64,000 bases of DNA from the NCBI GenBank assembly GCA_013265495.1, contig MU057993.1, forward strand, positions 1-64,000, written 5' to 3'. This document shows positions 13,277 through 26,554 of the stretch, piece after piece. Under the pieces are notes generated by a model, which was not told the DNA's origin, did no database searches, and saw only the letters and a list, made by a program, of their open reading frames with translations. Made by a program: the position numbers and the translations under genes. Numbering within the stretch: position 1 is the first letter of the stretch; every line of letters starts with the position of its first letter. This stretch comes from Vicugna vicugna (Eukaryota).

Positions 13277-13862
13277 TGAAGGAGGATTAAAAAATGGCCG
13301 CACTTAGGCTAACAGATTGCTTATTCTTATGCTCACCCTTAAAACGGTCAACTGACCTGACTGACCGGTTGCTACTCACGGTTCCAGGCCTGTTGTTGAA
13401 ACCGAAGCTATTGATCCTACTGTTTCTACTTTATTCCAGTCATTGAAAGTCATCATCATGCTGGGTCTCTGAGTCCTTCTCCAAGAAGAAGGTCCGGTCA
13501 CAGGACTGTCACCTTATAAAATACCCTGAATTACCAAGAAGACCACACCTTGAAATAAAGCGATCTACCCACTACCCTCCATAGAACTGATCACCGGAAG
13601 CATCATAACACCATTCTGAGTTTTCTGATGAGAAAATGATTGTGTTGATGGTTATCAATGCTTTATTGTTTGAGCTATGGCTCTAGAACCACCCCCACCC
13701 ACTCCATCCCCAAGGTGGGTACACAGTTTGGAAGGCACTAGCATGCTGTGAATCCCCTTTGCCTGACAAAGCTATAAAGCTGCCTCTTTTCTTCTAAGCT
13801 CCAAGATCCAGTCTCTGAATTCTTTGGCTTGTCAGGGACCGGGGGCCAATCTTTTGGCAACA
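13277..13862 (+). mobile_element. ERV1-like solo LTR
   Basis: TGAAGGAGG...GGCAACA termini with a perfect 4-bp TSD agta/agta; homologous to the LTRs at 44518 and 48918. Confidence 0.85.
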
Positions 13863-15760
13863 AGTATACAGTTAGATTAGTCAGGGAATACTTCTTAAAA
13901 AGGGTTTCTAGTATCCTCTCTTAGGAAAGAAAATGCATGAGCCAATTGTAATAAACTGAGGAGGAGCAACACATCTGAAAACAACAAGAAACAGAAGTTT
14001 GGGGACTGAAATGTAAACTTTGTGATAGCCAATGCAAGCAGCAACTCAGGGAAATGATGAGGAGTGATATGTGCCTTAGAATTCAGACGGAACAGTAGCT
14101 GGAGATGAGACTAGCTCTGTGCTTTTAGGGCGTTCCTGTCACAAACACTCAGGCACAACTACAGGAATGAAATCAAAAGAGCTGAAGGTGAAGACTAATG
14201 GTTGTTAGTGGAAGCTTAGACATATGGAGTCAAACACCAAAATTCATAAGATGGGTGATGGGTCATCTACTTTGCTTTATGTATTTTGTCTCCCCCAAGC
14301 AGAATGTAAGTTTCCAGAGGGTAGGGGGCTTTATGTCCTGTTCACTTATGTCAATCCCTGTCACAGTAGGTGCTCAGTAAATGTCTGCTGCTGAATAAAG
14401 GCAGTTTTCAAAACAGTTCACCTATTCAGAAACTAAGGCCACAAATGTATTCAGCATTCAAAAAACAAAAAACAAACAAACAACAACAACAAAACACCCA
14501 GCAAGCACACACACAGAAATAAGAAGACTATTGTACTATTCAACGTTATTGCAACAGCTAACATTTACTGGGCACTAACTCTGAGCAGACACTGTGATAT
14601 ATTATCTCAATCCTCTTAGCTGCCCTGTGACAGAGGTAGGTAGTATTCTTATGATCCCAGGTTTACAGGTTAACACAGAGAATAAATAACCTGCCCAAGG
14701 TCACAAAGCAGCACAGCTGGAGAAAGCTGGGTCTGTCAACTCCAAGGCTTGCCTCTCAAATACTATGTCACATGCACAGAACTACAAGTATCCTTCTTAG
14801 GCAAGGCTAGGGAAAAGTGGCCAATGAGGAAAGAAAACAGCAAAACAAAGCAAAATAGAAACTCCAATGTAGTCAAAAACCATTGGTCCACCCCTCTCCT
14901 ATAGCAGCTGCTGTAGAATCTCCCTGCCTGGGTACCCTGACTAACCCATGCCCAGCACAACTTCAGTGGTTTAAACAATCCAGATGCTGAAAAGCAGGAA
15001 CTAGAATCAAGCATCTAATCAACATTTCAAAGAGCGGTAGATAACAAGTGGTAATGCCCCAGGGCCACAGCCCGAAGAAATGACAGCTGTGAACTCAGAC
15101 TAAGGCTGACCTCAGACCTTCCCAAGCCCTTCTCTCCGTGTCTGCCTCTTCCCTCCCTCCTGTGCCCTGCGTGTCTCTCCCCACCTCTGCACGTCCCCTC
15201 TCCCACTAAATGGCCTTCACAAACACTCTGAAAATTTTTGTTTCCTGCTCTAAATTTCTCATCTAGTAAGTTAAATTTGTAATATTTCTCTAATGAAAAG
15301 AAGTCTACTTGTAGACAGGTAGAAAAATGTTCTCTGCATGTTGCAGCATCAGTCCAAAGGGCACATTATCAAATTCACACAGTAGTCACTAAAGAGACCA
15401 CCAATCAAACAAATTAAAACTGACATCCCACATATATATTTATGTAGCCTTCTGGTGTTACACACATGGTAACTACACAGGAGGACATTAAACCCACTAG
15501 ACAGACTCTGCTCTTCTCCCTTCAGTCCAGTAACACATCCATGACTGCAAAGTTCTGAAAATCTCTAAAATGGAAAGAAGTGTAACTCCAGAAGCATGAT
15601 TGCAATCGTTACCAACAAGCAAAAATATTTAAAATATTGAATTTGCTTAAAAAATTAGAATATTCATTAAATTAACTACTTAGAGATGCACTAATACATA
15701 AGCTAATTTAACTTCTGCATTTACACCAAAATCTAAAGCAAATGTGCCTTAAAAGCAGTC

Positions 15761-16132
15761 CGAGAGTAAGCCAGAAAGAGAAAGAAAAATACCATATGAG
15801 ATCTCTCATATGTGGAATCTTAAAAAACAAACAAAGTATAAATACAGAACAGAAATAGACTCATAGACATAGAATACAAACTTGTGGTGGTCAAAGGGGT
15901 GGGGGGTAGGAAGGGATAGATGGGATTTCAAAATTGTAGAATAGATAAACAAGATTATACTGTGTAGCACAGGGAAATATATACAATATCTTATGGTAAC
16001 TCACAGAGAAAAAAATGTGACAATGAACGTATATATGTCCATGTATAACTGAAAAAGTGTGCCCTACACTGGAATTTGACACAACATTGTAAAATGATTA
16101 TAAATCAATAAAAAATGAAAAATGTTTAAAAA
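15761..16132 (+). mobile_element. 5'-truncated young L1 with TSD
   Basis: L1 3' UTR text, AATAAA and A-tail; aaaagcagtc on both sides (15751-15760 and 16133-16142). Confidence 0.9.
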
Positions 16133-19019
16133 AAAAGCAGTCAGGGAATGAGGACAAGAGTTGGCAAGATAAAAAGTACTAAGAAACATATCTCAATCTT
16201 TTCTTTCTGCCTTTGGATTTTTTTCATACACTTGTCTTAAATATAGAACTCTATTAAATAAACAGACTATGAAAGCAAATTCATATTGCTCTCAAAATAG
16301 AAATACTTCCCAAATACAAAAAAGGAAAAAAAAAACAAGAAGCATTTATTTCTTGAATTTGACAGCTGAACAATGATTATGCCAAATCTAAGGAAGGAAA
16401 GGAAAATTATTTCTGAAAATGGATCCTGTATTTAATAAATATTAAGCATGAAAAGGGAATGTCCACCCCACCTTCACATCATTTTAGGAAAAGGAGAAAA
16501 TCAAACCTCAGTTACAACAAAACCACCTGAATAAAATTCCATCAATCATAGTTTGAGATGTAATGATACAAATTAAACTTATTAAACTTCTTCCTGTATT
16601 TTTTTAAGCTTTTCATTTCAAAGCATTAAACCAAAGGATGTTTAAAAAACTTGATAACCCAATTACAGCCTGATATTTCCAAACGGACAATTTAAACCAA
16701 AGTCACTTTCAGAGCTAATCAATGAATTCATCAAAAACATTCTTTCTGATCTAAGCACTATGGAGGTCTTTGGAGATGAATTCAAACTCTAATTATGTTC
16801 AAATTAGTCTTTCTTTTCTGTAAATAATAAGCACAGTAGTTCTGTCATTTCTCTACTTTTTAAGATTTTTAAATAATATGTTAATGAATCACACACTAGT
16901 ACAGATGCTTTTGAAAACTCTGTAGAATTATTTCAGTTTTATTTGTCAAACTCCAGGGCTGAGTTTAAGTGTTGGGCAACATAAAGCCTGACTTTAGCCT
17001 TCTGTCTGCGTCGCACTGTAAAAGACCTTTAACTCACGTTAATAGTGCGGGGCCACACTGTCCTATGCGTGGCGCTGGGAGAGTTCTGCATGTGCTTTAT
17101 ATTATCTCATTTAGTCCTAACAGCCCTGGGAAGGACATGGTTTTCCATCCACATGTGATGAGGCCCATAGCGAAAAAGGGTAAGTAACTCATTCCAGGCC
17201 ACATAGCTAAGAATGACACTGCCTTACTAATGAATCTTCTGCCTCCACAGTGTGAATATATTTTATGAGGGAAATGAGAAGTGAACTAGCAACACGGTGC
17301 TGGCTCCAGATACGCATAGTGCTTCCAAACATGAGATTGTTGCAAATTACCCACTACTACTAGTGAGGCAAGTCCTTCTCAGACATAGAGGATGTCATGC
17401 AAAGGTCTATTATTAGACCCTTAACCAACCTAAAAAGCATGACATTTTAAAAGCCTCATAAGATACATACATTCTTCCAAAAACAAACCAGCAATGTGTC
17501 TTGCTACTTCATATTTGGCCCAAAATATTGATGCATTCAATGTATTATCCTAGGGTGATCATCTCAGAGGAAAGGCTAAGTGACAGAAAAATATTCTGCA
17601 CCATTAATACTCCCTAAGTTCATAGCCATCATGCAGAAAGAAGCATCCAGCATGACTCAGGCTCCCACAGACACAATCTCAGCACGTGCTGCCTCCTGCC
17701 TGAAGCCACCCAGGTCTCCATTAGCCAACCTTCAGCTGGAAAAAGAGGGGGCAGAGGCCACACAGCAAAGCAACAGACACTTCATGCTATCTGACTGATC
17801 TGCCAGCTGTCCCTAAGGTGATGGGGGAAAAGCAAAATATAAGATACTCAAGCAGTAAGGACTCTTGTGCATTTGTATTATTTTTCAAAAGTCTGCATTG
17901 CAGGATAGCACAACACAAACATAGGATCTTGTATTTATTTGTATCAACTTACAATTTTAGAGAAATCAATTGTTACTCAAAACTTTTTAAGGGAATATTT
18001 TAGAAAAACTGTCATACATTGGTCTGTCTCTCAGTATCCAGATCAAGGACAGATGTTCCCTCAAATAATTCATAAATTCTGAAGGTAGAATAGGAGGAAA
18101 TTTTAAATATACTTGTGGGTAAAAGTATAATTATTAGAAAATATATATCCCATAGTGTTCAGGAAATGTCATGTTGATTAAGGAAATACACTCTAAACAC
18201 ATATGAAAGGGAGCATGAGAATGTGCCCAGGAGGGGTCAGGAGAAAGCAAGGAAAACCTACAACTACATGAAGGAATAAGACAGGCTGGTTTTCTGCTTA
18301 GTGGGAAAAAGTCTCAAAGGAGAAAGGTTGAACAGCAAGAGTTCATTATTTGAAAACAACTTTACTCATCTGTTTGTAATGAAAATTCAACTACACTAAA
18401 AAGGAAAAATAAACCAATGCTCCACTCTTTTCCCTGGTCCACTGAATGTGTCAACAATACGGAACATTTCTATTTGGGATATTTGCAGATATGAGAGGAA
18501 CACCTTGTGTCTTTTAAATTGCCACCCATCCTTAAGCCTGAGAATGACAAATTACGTAAAAAGACAAAAAAATTAATAAATAAATAAAAGAAAGTATTCA
18601 AAGACAGCAAGGAAAGAATCATCTCCTAATGAATGGGAAAGTAACTTTACAGTGACCTTCTTTCTAAAAGGTATACTAAAAATGTCGGTTTATATAAAAC
18701 TGTCAGGCACCTTTCTTAAAGGAAGAGGAATTGAAGTATCTATTACATGTGTAGAAATACTATGTAAAGTAAAAGCAGGCTTGACACGAACTAAAAAGTG
18801 TCACTATTGGAAGAGTAATCCTTTCCCCTAAGGGAAACTGGGGAACCCAAAGATAAATAAGATTTATGAAACCAGGCAAAAATATACCATCATCCAACGT
18901 AGCTATTTGTTGACATATGAAACAAGTGCTGTGGTGCTAGCTATGATGTAAAATTGACCAAAGTGAATTATTCTTTCTAAACAACACTTGTGAGATAGAG
19001 TCACTTAGGAAATAATTGG

Positions 19020-19190
19020 CCCCGTGCTGCCGTCACCCCAGGCTGCGGAAGCGCTCTAACGCGCACGCGCACGCACACACGCTGTGCGGGGCGCCTAGGA
19101 AACAACAGCCGCCAGTAGCAGGACCAGACGGCAGAGCGGGACTCTGCACACTGCGCTGAGCGCTGCAGGAGGTCAAGGCTCTAAGACGCT
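19020..19190. promoter_or_regulatory. Small intronic CpG cluster with NRF1-like and X-box-like motifs
   Basis: CpG-rich patch in an AT-rich intron; GCGCACGCGC at 19061-19070; GTTTCCTAGGCGCC on minus at 19103-19090. Confidence 0.4.
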
Positions 19191-19673
19191 TAAGTATCAA
19201 ACCTCAGTGTTCTTACAGTTAGACGAATACTTCCATCTGGTTCAAACAGACCATAAGCACTTCTAATTTCACATCTAAAGTAAGTGCTTTACAACTTATT
19301 TTCAGAATCTTTCATAATTATACCCAGAAGTTTCTTCAGATCCTCCAAAGACACTTCTGGCCATGATGCACAGCCATTATATCACTATGTAGTACCTTAT
19401 ATATTATGGTATCTTTGAACAAGAAATGCAAGTGTCCCTACTTTTTGGCTGCATCCCTTCATAGATGTCATTGCCCCTGTTCCTCAGTCCATTGTTTTCA
19501 TTACTATGGAGGCAAAAGTAACTTGAACAGTAGACTCTGCAGAATCATTTTAAGAAAGCCCCCAAGGAACACATCTCACTTAGAAAACAGAGGCCACCTG
19601 AAATATCCAATCTCAGCTTTGCAGTAGAGGGATTCTCAGACTGCATGCAGGTGGACTTGGCAGTTGTCTACAT

Positions 19674-19912
19674 CAGGGGTCCTTAAACTATAAGCCAAAC
19701 CCATCCTGCCTCCAGTTTTTATGCATAAGGTTTTATTAGAACACAGTCACCTTCATTCACCTACAGAATGTCTGTGGCTGTATTTGCACTACAAGAGCAG
19801 AACTGAATCATCGTGACAGGACCATGTGGTCCACAAAATTTAAATATTTACTAACTGGTCCATCACCAAAAAAAAAGAAACAAACAAACAAAAAAAGTTT
19901 GCCAATCCCTCC
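19674..19912. mobile_element. MER58A-type DNA transposon
   Basis: Termini caggggtccttaaacta ... aagtttgccaatccct; internal ttttattagaacacagtcac. Confidence 0.8.
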
Positions 19913-20371
19913 CCTACACAACGAGATGTCAGAGGCAGCACAAGAATTCTCCAAGTACCATCTCCAATGTACACGCACTGGGCTGCTGCTAGCCTAGGCG
20001 TGGGCTGCTAGCTCATCTGGTGTCAAGCACACAAACACAAATGCACACTCCTAAGTCTTTTTAATCATCTCATATCAATCCCAAAGTTGCCAGGGCAAAG
20101 CACATGACGTTACCATTTCCAACTACCAGAGTCCCACCCTTCCCACTGCCTTTACTAGTAAATTATGTTAACCCAAAAAGACTGCCCTTTAAAGTTCATC
20201 AAACCATGATTTCACTTGCATAAAAATGTTGTGGAAGATAGAGGATGAGGAGGGAAGGTGCCCATATGGCATCTGTTCCAGAACCACCTTACATCTAGCT
20301 CCCCATCTAAATAGATCTTACCTGGAAGTTCTGCCATTGGAACAGTCACTCCTAAGAAAAGGCCAAAGAAG

Positions 20372-20451
20372 CTACAAAGGAGGTGGTGAATTCAAACTAA
20401 GAAACACAAGACTACAAAGGAGGTGGTGAATTCAAACTAAGGAACACAAGA
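20372..20451. repeat. 40-bp tandem duplication (2 copies, 1 mismatch)
   Basis: ctacaaaggaggtggtgaattcaaactaag(a/g)aacacaaga twice. Confidence 0.95.
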
Positions 20452-21198
20452 TAGTGTGGCTATAGAGATTCCCTACCTCACAATCCTCAATCCTTGTTGG
20501 CATCAACAGTAAATTCCATGCTTCACAATGAAAATTTTTAAATTGTTTTAAATTTTTAAAAAATCAGTCTTCCAGCATCTTATGCTTCAAAAATGTAAGG
20601 AGTTTTTAAGTGTCAAGTTGGTTTTATTTGTTAGTTTTTTAATAAAAAGATTTTTTAAAGGCATTTTCAGCAATGCTATGCCAGCAAAGGGCTGTCCCGT
20701 CCACTGTATGGGACACAAATACACACACCACCTGCCAGCAGGAGAAGCAGCCTTCTTTGCCAGCTATTTTAGCCCCACTTCATCATGTTGGGGACAAAAC
20801 TCAGTATGATAATGAAAGGCAAATTTTAAAAACATGAATTTGGTGAAACAGATCTGTCCTTTATGTATAAGTTCCTTAACAGTGAAACCCTACATATTCT
20901 TTTGAACTTAACCTCAAGAGACATACATACCCTACAAAAAGCTTGCCAGGAGTTTCAAAAAAATCATGTGTCCTGAGACTGGCTGTTCCCCCTTTTCCAC
21001 TTCAAGTTTTACTCACTTTAGAAATATCTATTTTAGGGAGAGTCTCATCCATCTCTGTTCTTACTGTACCTTTGCTAACTTTAACAGATTCTCCTCTCCC
21101 AAGTAAAAATACCCATTTGTCAGCTCTTTGCTCTCCATCAGCACTCTTGAGAAACTTTAATACTTTGATAATGACTTCCAATTCTACATTTTCAGCAT

Positions 21199-21266
21199 AT
21201 TGCTCATTATTTTACTGCTCATTTTATTGCTCATTATTTTACTGCTCATTTTATTGCTCATTATTT
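21199..21266. repeat. 27-bp minisatellite, about 2.5 copies
   Basis: attgctcattattttactgctcatttt repeated. Confidence 0.9.
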
Positions 21267-23999
21267 GAGATTTCATCAGTATCCAACTTCAACTCGAAAA
21301 TTTATTGTCCAAAACAAAGTCCACTGCCCCATTTCTGAATTACTTTGTATCAGAAACCACTAGCACCATGCTAATATATTGGAAACACCTTTTTCACTCC
21401 TCCATCTGTATTGCTCTTCAGTGACCATGGTATAAAAATGTTGGCTCCCTAGAAAAACAAAATCCTAATCCAAGTATAATGCCTTGGTTTAAAATACAAT
21501 TTCTCTATGGTTTAAAGCTACCCTTTCAGGAACATTGTTCTCAACTGATTCTTTGAGCTGTAAACACATACCCACACAAGCACAAACTGACCCTAAGCTA
21601 CTCAACAACTTCCCTGTGATTTCCCATCAACCATCTTCCTAATTACCTCTGCTCCCCACATCCTCCAGTTCCAAAAGTCTTCAACACTATCTCCAGCTGC
21701 TCTTTTCTTCCACTGGCTCAGACACTCCAATATGTTCTGTGTAGTCCAATATCAACATTTCCCCAATGAAAAATGTACAAACACACTTACATCTATAATA
21801 TACCAAAAACTTTCTGGCATATAGTGGTCATAGATTAAAAACTGGTTCATTTCCCTTTCCCTACAGTTTTGTGCAATCTGTGTATCATTGTCTCTGCCAT
21901 TCATAAGTAAAAGCATCTCAAAAGCGGGGCCCCCAATTAATTTGTTGTTTCTTTGCTCCTAAATAAATACACAATAAAGCACTGACATGAGTTTTAACCA
22001 ATCTATAGTAAAAGCAATAAAAGTCTTAAATTTACTAAGAAACTCTGATGGAGTATAATTTACACTGAAACTATTTTGTTGGTTTGTCCTCCCTTCCTAC
22101 CCCCGAAAAGCAGCCTATGCAGGACTAGATGTCTCTTCCTATCTTTGTGAAACATGGGATACATGACTTTCTCATGGTCACAAAATAACAGGTCCAGCAA
22201 CAGTTGTCTTTGATCTCACATCTAACATTACATCCATTACACAATAATTTAATGTCAGCATCTATTTAAAATAGACAGAATTTAAGGTTCATAACAAAGG
22301 CATAACAAGAACAAGGCATATAAAGAAGAATAAAACAACAGGAGAAGTTCCAGGGGAGGGCCAAGTGATTGTAAAACAGACAAAAACAGTCAGGAATGAT
22401 GATGGTAAAGAGGAATAGTGAAAATCTACAAAACCAGGAAAAGATAAACTCCAGCTCATTTTAGCATTTCTCAAAACACACGCTCAGGACTTGTCCTGGA
22501 ACTTTAAAGAGACAGGTTTTGGATAAATAAATGAATTACTAATAAAAACGAGGGCTAAAAGAATTTGCCACTTCAGAAGAAAAAAGTACAGGCTAAAAAG
22601 TGTTTGAGGAAGTTTTAAATAAGTTTGATCAAGGTCCTGAATGGAAAAGTTAACACAGATGACCAAAGCTTACATTCACTCCACAGAGCCTCTCTCAGCA
22701 GTGGCTTCAGAACTCAGCCCACACAGCTTTCTGGGGGCCTGTGATCCTCAGTATGGTGCTGTCTGCTTTGTTATGTAAAATTCCACCTATGCCTAACACT
22801 TAAATTCTGCATAAATATACAAAATATTCATTACCTTCCTGCACCTTAATTTGGCACTCTGAGAAGATACTTACAATACAAATCAAAGATTCTATAGGCT
22901 TCTCCTTTAAAGTAACAAAAGGGGATAAAAGCTCATTCTCATTTGATAGAGAAGACAACTGAAATAAGTCACAAGTCATTCCACCAATTAAAAAATGCTG
23001 TCGATTAGGACATATGCTACTCAGGAAAAAAAATTTTGGCTAAGGAAAAATGAAATACGTTTTTAATAAACTGGTTAAAGTACAAAATGCTCTCCCCCAA
23101 ATCAGTTATGATTCCTAAGAACCCCAAGTTTCCTGAATAACTGATCTCTGTTACCACGTCCTGCTGATACGCAGGAACTACACGCAGGAAATGAGAAGGT
23201 AAAAAGCTCCTGTGCCGAAATGAAAACTCTCAAGGAAGACTGCAGAAAAGAAAATAAATTTTACTTTCAGGGCCTCACAGAGTCAGAGACTTCCATTTGG
23301 GAACCCAAATAAGAGTTGCCCAGAAACAAAACCTACAGCGCTGTTTCCCACCCGGTGTACCAGGAAAAGCGACATACACAGAGATGTCCTCTGTGCGCAC
23401 ATATGCTCTGGCTTCCTCAGTTTCCTTTTACCAATTAATGGCCAGAAACATGCAAGTGTCCACTCTGCAGAAAGTCAGAACTCCACAAAAAGAAACCTGC
23501 AGACTTGCGTATCACACGACAGAGAACTAAAATGTTACAAAACACGGGACTGCCTGATGCCTTCTGCCCACAGTGAGGACTCAGGTACACCGGCTCATCT
23601 ATATGATCCCAACACTCCAGGAAAACATCGGCAAAACACCGCAGGATGCACAGGCACCCTCCTCCTCCCCATCCCTCGACTCCCCTTCCCAGAGCCACTC
23701 ACACTTTACAGAAGAGCCAGAGCGCTGAAAGTGGGCTGGTTCCCTTCCTCCTCGGGATGGAGGCGGCAGCTGCGGCAGGGCCTGCGCCTTACTGAGGAAT
23801 AAGCGGGGCTGGTGCCGCTAAGCTGGGCAGCCACTCAGGTCTTTTCAACACCGACAGAGCAAAGGAGGCAGCGGCCCCAATTCCCTCCTCTTCTCTTTCT
23901 GGGCCTCTTCAGGCTGGGTTTTCTGCCGGTCCTGGTCCACTTGTCCCTGGACAGTCAGGTTTGGGATGTTTTGTATTTTGAGTTTAATAAAGCCTGGGC

Positions 24000-24780
24000 G
24001 AAGGCTGCAGTTGGCCCTCCAGGTCCCCCCAAACCCGCCGCCCTCGGGGCTGGGGTGGGGGTGGGGCCCTAAGACCTCCTCCCGGAGTCCTGCCGAGGAG
24101 CCAGGGTCCAGTGACTGGTTAAGGGATAAAACCCCCAAGGGGGCAGAGGGGAGGGGGAGAGAAGGAAAGAATGGCGGCACCGGTCCTGCTGATCCCGTTG
24201 CCCAGGCCACTACTTCATATTGGTGTCCCCGCCCACACCCTTGGCTGGGGGGTGGTGGCCGAACTTGGGGGTCCCAGCTCATATACTCAGGGTCGAGATG
24301 CTATAGACGCAGGAGGGAGGCGGAGATGGCACCGAGGTGGGGGATCCAGCCAGCTCCGCTCCGCGCCGCCCCGGCTTCCGGCTCCCACAGGTGTCGCTGG
24401 ACTGGGACCCCCTCCCTCCACGTTGGGGGTCCCTTACCCCACGCCCCAGGATGAGACAGAAGCTCCGGCCCCTTCTCAGCGCCCTCTCACCGCGGAGCCG
24501 CTGACGAGCCCCACCCGAGGTAGGTAGCCGCCTCCCGGCCCCCGGCCGCCGGCTCTGGCTCCGGCGTGTGCAGCTGCCGCTGCCGGCGGGGAGGGGATGG
24601 GGAGACGGGGGGCCGTGGCTCCCGCTGGCCCCAGGTAGGGCGCGGGTCTCGGCTGGGCCAGCGCACAGGGGCTGGGTCCCTCGGGTGCTCCCTCGCTGTC
24701 ATGCTGGCGGTGGTGGCAGCAGCTCCAGAATCTCAGCTCGCAGTCTTGCTCGCTCAGTGCCTGGGTCTGGCCTCACTCCA
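24000..24780 (-). promoter_or_regulatory. CpG island with probable first exon (about 24780-24491) of an unidentified minus-strand gene
   Basis: High GC and CpG content; donor ...CGGCTCCGCG|gtgaga with GT at 24490-24489; GC decays into a long AT-rich intron-like region toward position 1. Confidence 0.65.
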
Positions 24781-24994
24781 GAGAGAGGGGTGGGAGGAAA
24801 GCGGTGCAGACTGATGACTCTTATAAGGACACTAATCCCATTCAGGAGGGCTCCACATTCACGACCTCATCTAATCCTAATCACTTTCCGAAGGCCTCAC
24901 CTCTTAGTACCTCTGAGCACCTCATAGGGAGGAAAAAGGAAGGGGGTGGAGGGGCAGAATAGAATTACAACATGTGAACATTCAGTCCATAACA
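24781..24994 (-). mobile_element. MaLR MLT1/MST-type LTR fragment abutting the CpG island
   Basis: tcttataaggacactaatcccattcaggagggctccac...aaggcctcacctc...acattcagtccataaca is typical reverse-strand MaLR LTR. Confidence 0.8.
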
Positions 24995-26554
24995 CCCTTA
25001 AAGATGTTTTTCTTAAGAAGCCCGTCTACCCCAGAGATGAATTGCCAGTGTTATAAATCACAGAAATTTCTACCATAGTTTTTGTTTTAAATAGCAATTT
25101 AAAACAAATTTGGTATGCAATTATTGGTAACATGTAGAATTTTCCTTTTGGCTTCTTAAAGTTTAAAACTTCTAGCTATGTAATTCCAGGATCATTTTTA
25201 ATAAATGAATTTGTGATCTCTAGATGACTGGGTTTTAATTTCTTACATTATCATTGCAAAACACATCATATTAGTGACATTTTAAGCTCTTTTTTTGGAC
25301 CCATGTGTAAGAATGATGATTAATTTCCCTTTTAAAACCACAAATTATTTTTTTATTTAGTTTAAAACAATCTGAAACTTACAGAAAACTGCAACTAGAG
25401 TATAAAGAACTTTTTTTAATCTTGAACGCCCATTTGAGATTGAGTTAAATTAAGTTACTGACTGTAGCTCCCTGAGGCAGCTCCAACCCTAGCTCCCTTT
25501 CTCAGAGGTGGAAGGTGTGGAGACTTGGACTATACCTGGCCCGATCTGCACAATAACTCCTCCCCCACCCCACAACCCCCGTCATCTGCATTTCTGTTGT
25601 TCTGGGTGGGGGCAGTTAAGGTCTTGGCCCCAAATTCTGAGCCAAAGGCAGAACTCATGCAAACTGTCCCCTGCCCCTTGAAGTGCAGTTTCTCAAGTCG
25701 GTGGGAGAAAAAAGGCACACCCGCAGCAGAGCAGGGGCAGCAGAGCAGAGTGATCCCAAATTTAAAGCCCTGAGGAGCGGGTCTGAGGACAATCTTGGCC
25801 CTGCTGTCCCAAACATGAAGCGAGCATCCAGGCCTCACCTACCTTTGCCTCTGAATTTCGTGCTTTCCCAGAAGGTCTAAGGGGTGGACTTCAGCACCCA
25901 GGCTGTCACATGACCCACTATGGTCACGTGATTCTCGGACACCGGGGACAGTGGTTAGTGTCTTTTCACTTCTCTGAGCACAGGCTGGAGTGGCCGTGGT
26001 TTCCCAGGGCAACCTGGCAGGTAGGAGCAGTCACCGCTGCCCTGGTGGAGGCTCCGTGGCCTTCTCGGCGCTCCTGGGAGTAGCACAGTGACAACAATGT
26101 CACTAGAGCCGAAGCAGGAGTGACAGGTGTGGTGGACCCACCCATGACTTCCTGGGAAGTGTAGGTTAGCTCCCCTAAACCTTGTATTTCCTCACTTCTC
26201 ATCTCCTCTCCCTAAACTTCTCCTCTAATGTCCTTTCAGCTTTCTGCTTTACAAGGGGAAGCCTGGGGAAAAAAAATAACTTTTTAGATGGTTTCCAATT
26301 TGCACTTTCCATGTGTAAAGCCCAGTGTGGGCTTTGTGAGAGAAACGCAAACCTGTGAGATAGAACTCTGTTGTTAGGATAAGGGACTCTGATCCACCAT
26401 CTAGTGGACAAGAAATTGAAAATACACAAGCAGGTTTTCCTTTTCCCTTGTCTAGAAAAACAAGTGTCCCAGAAGCGCACAGCCTAGACCTAGGCTCCAG
26501 CCTTTGGCAGTGAGTAACCAAAAGCTATGACTGGAGCCCAGACTAGGTCCTTAC

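Noticed and set aside
20372..21266. Short direct repeats as a CRISPR-like array
   Set aside because: Adjacent tandem copies without spacers, in mammalian DNA.
24487..24702. ORF starting MTAREH resembles the INPP4A N-terminus
   Set aside because: Similarity ends after six residues; the rest is GC-rich UTR-like translation.
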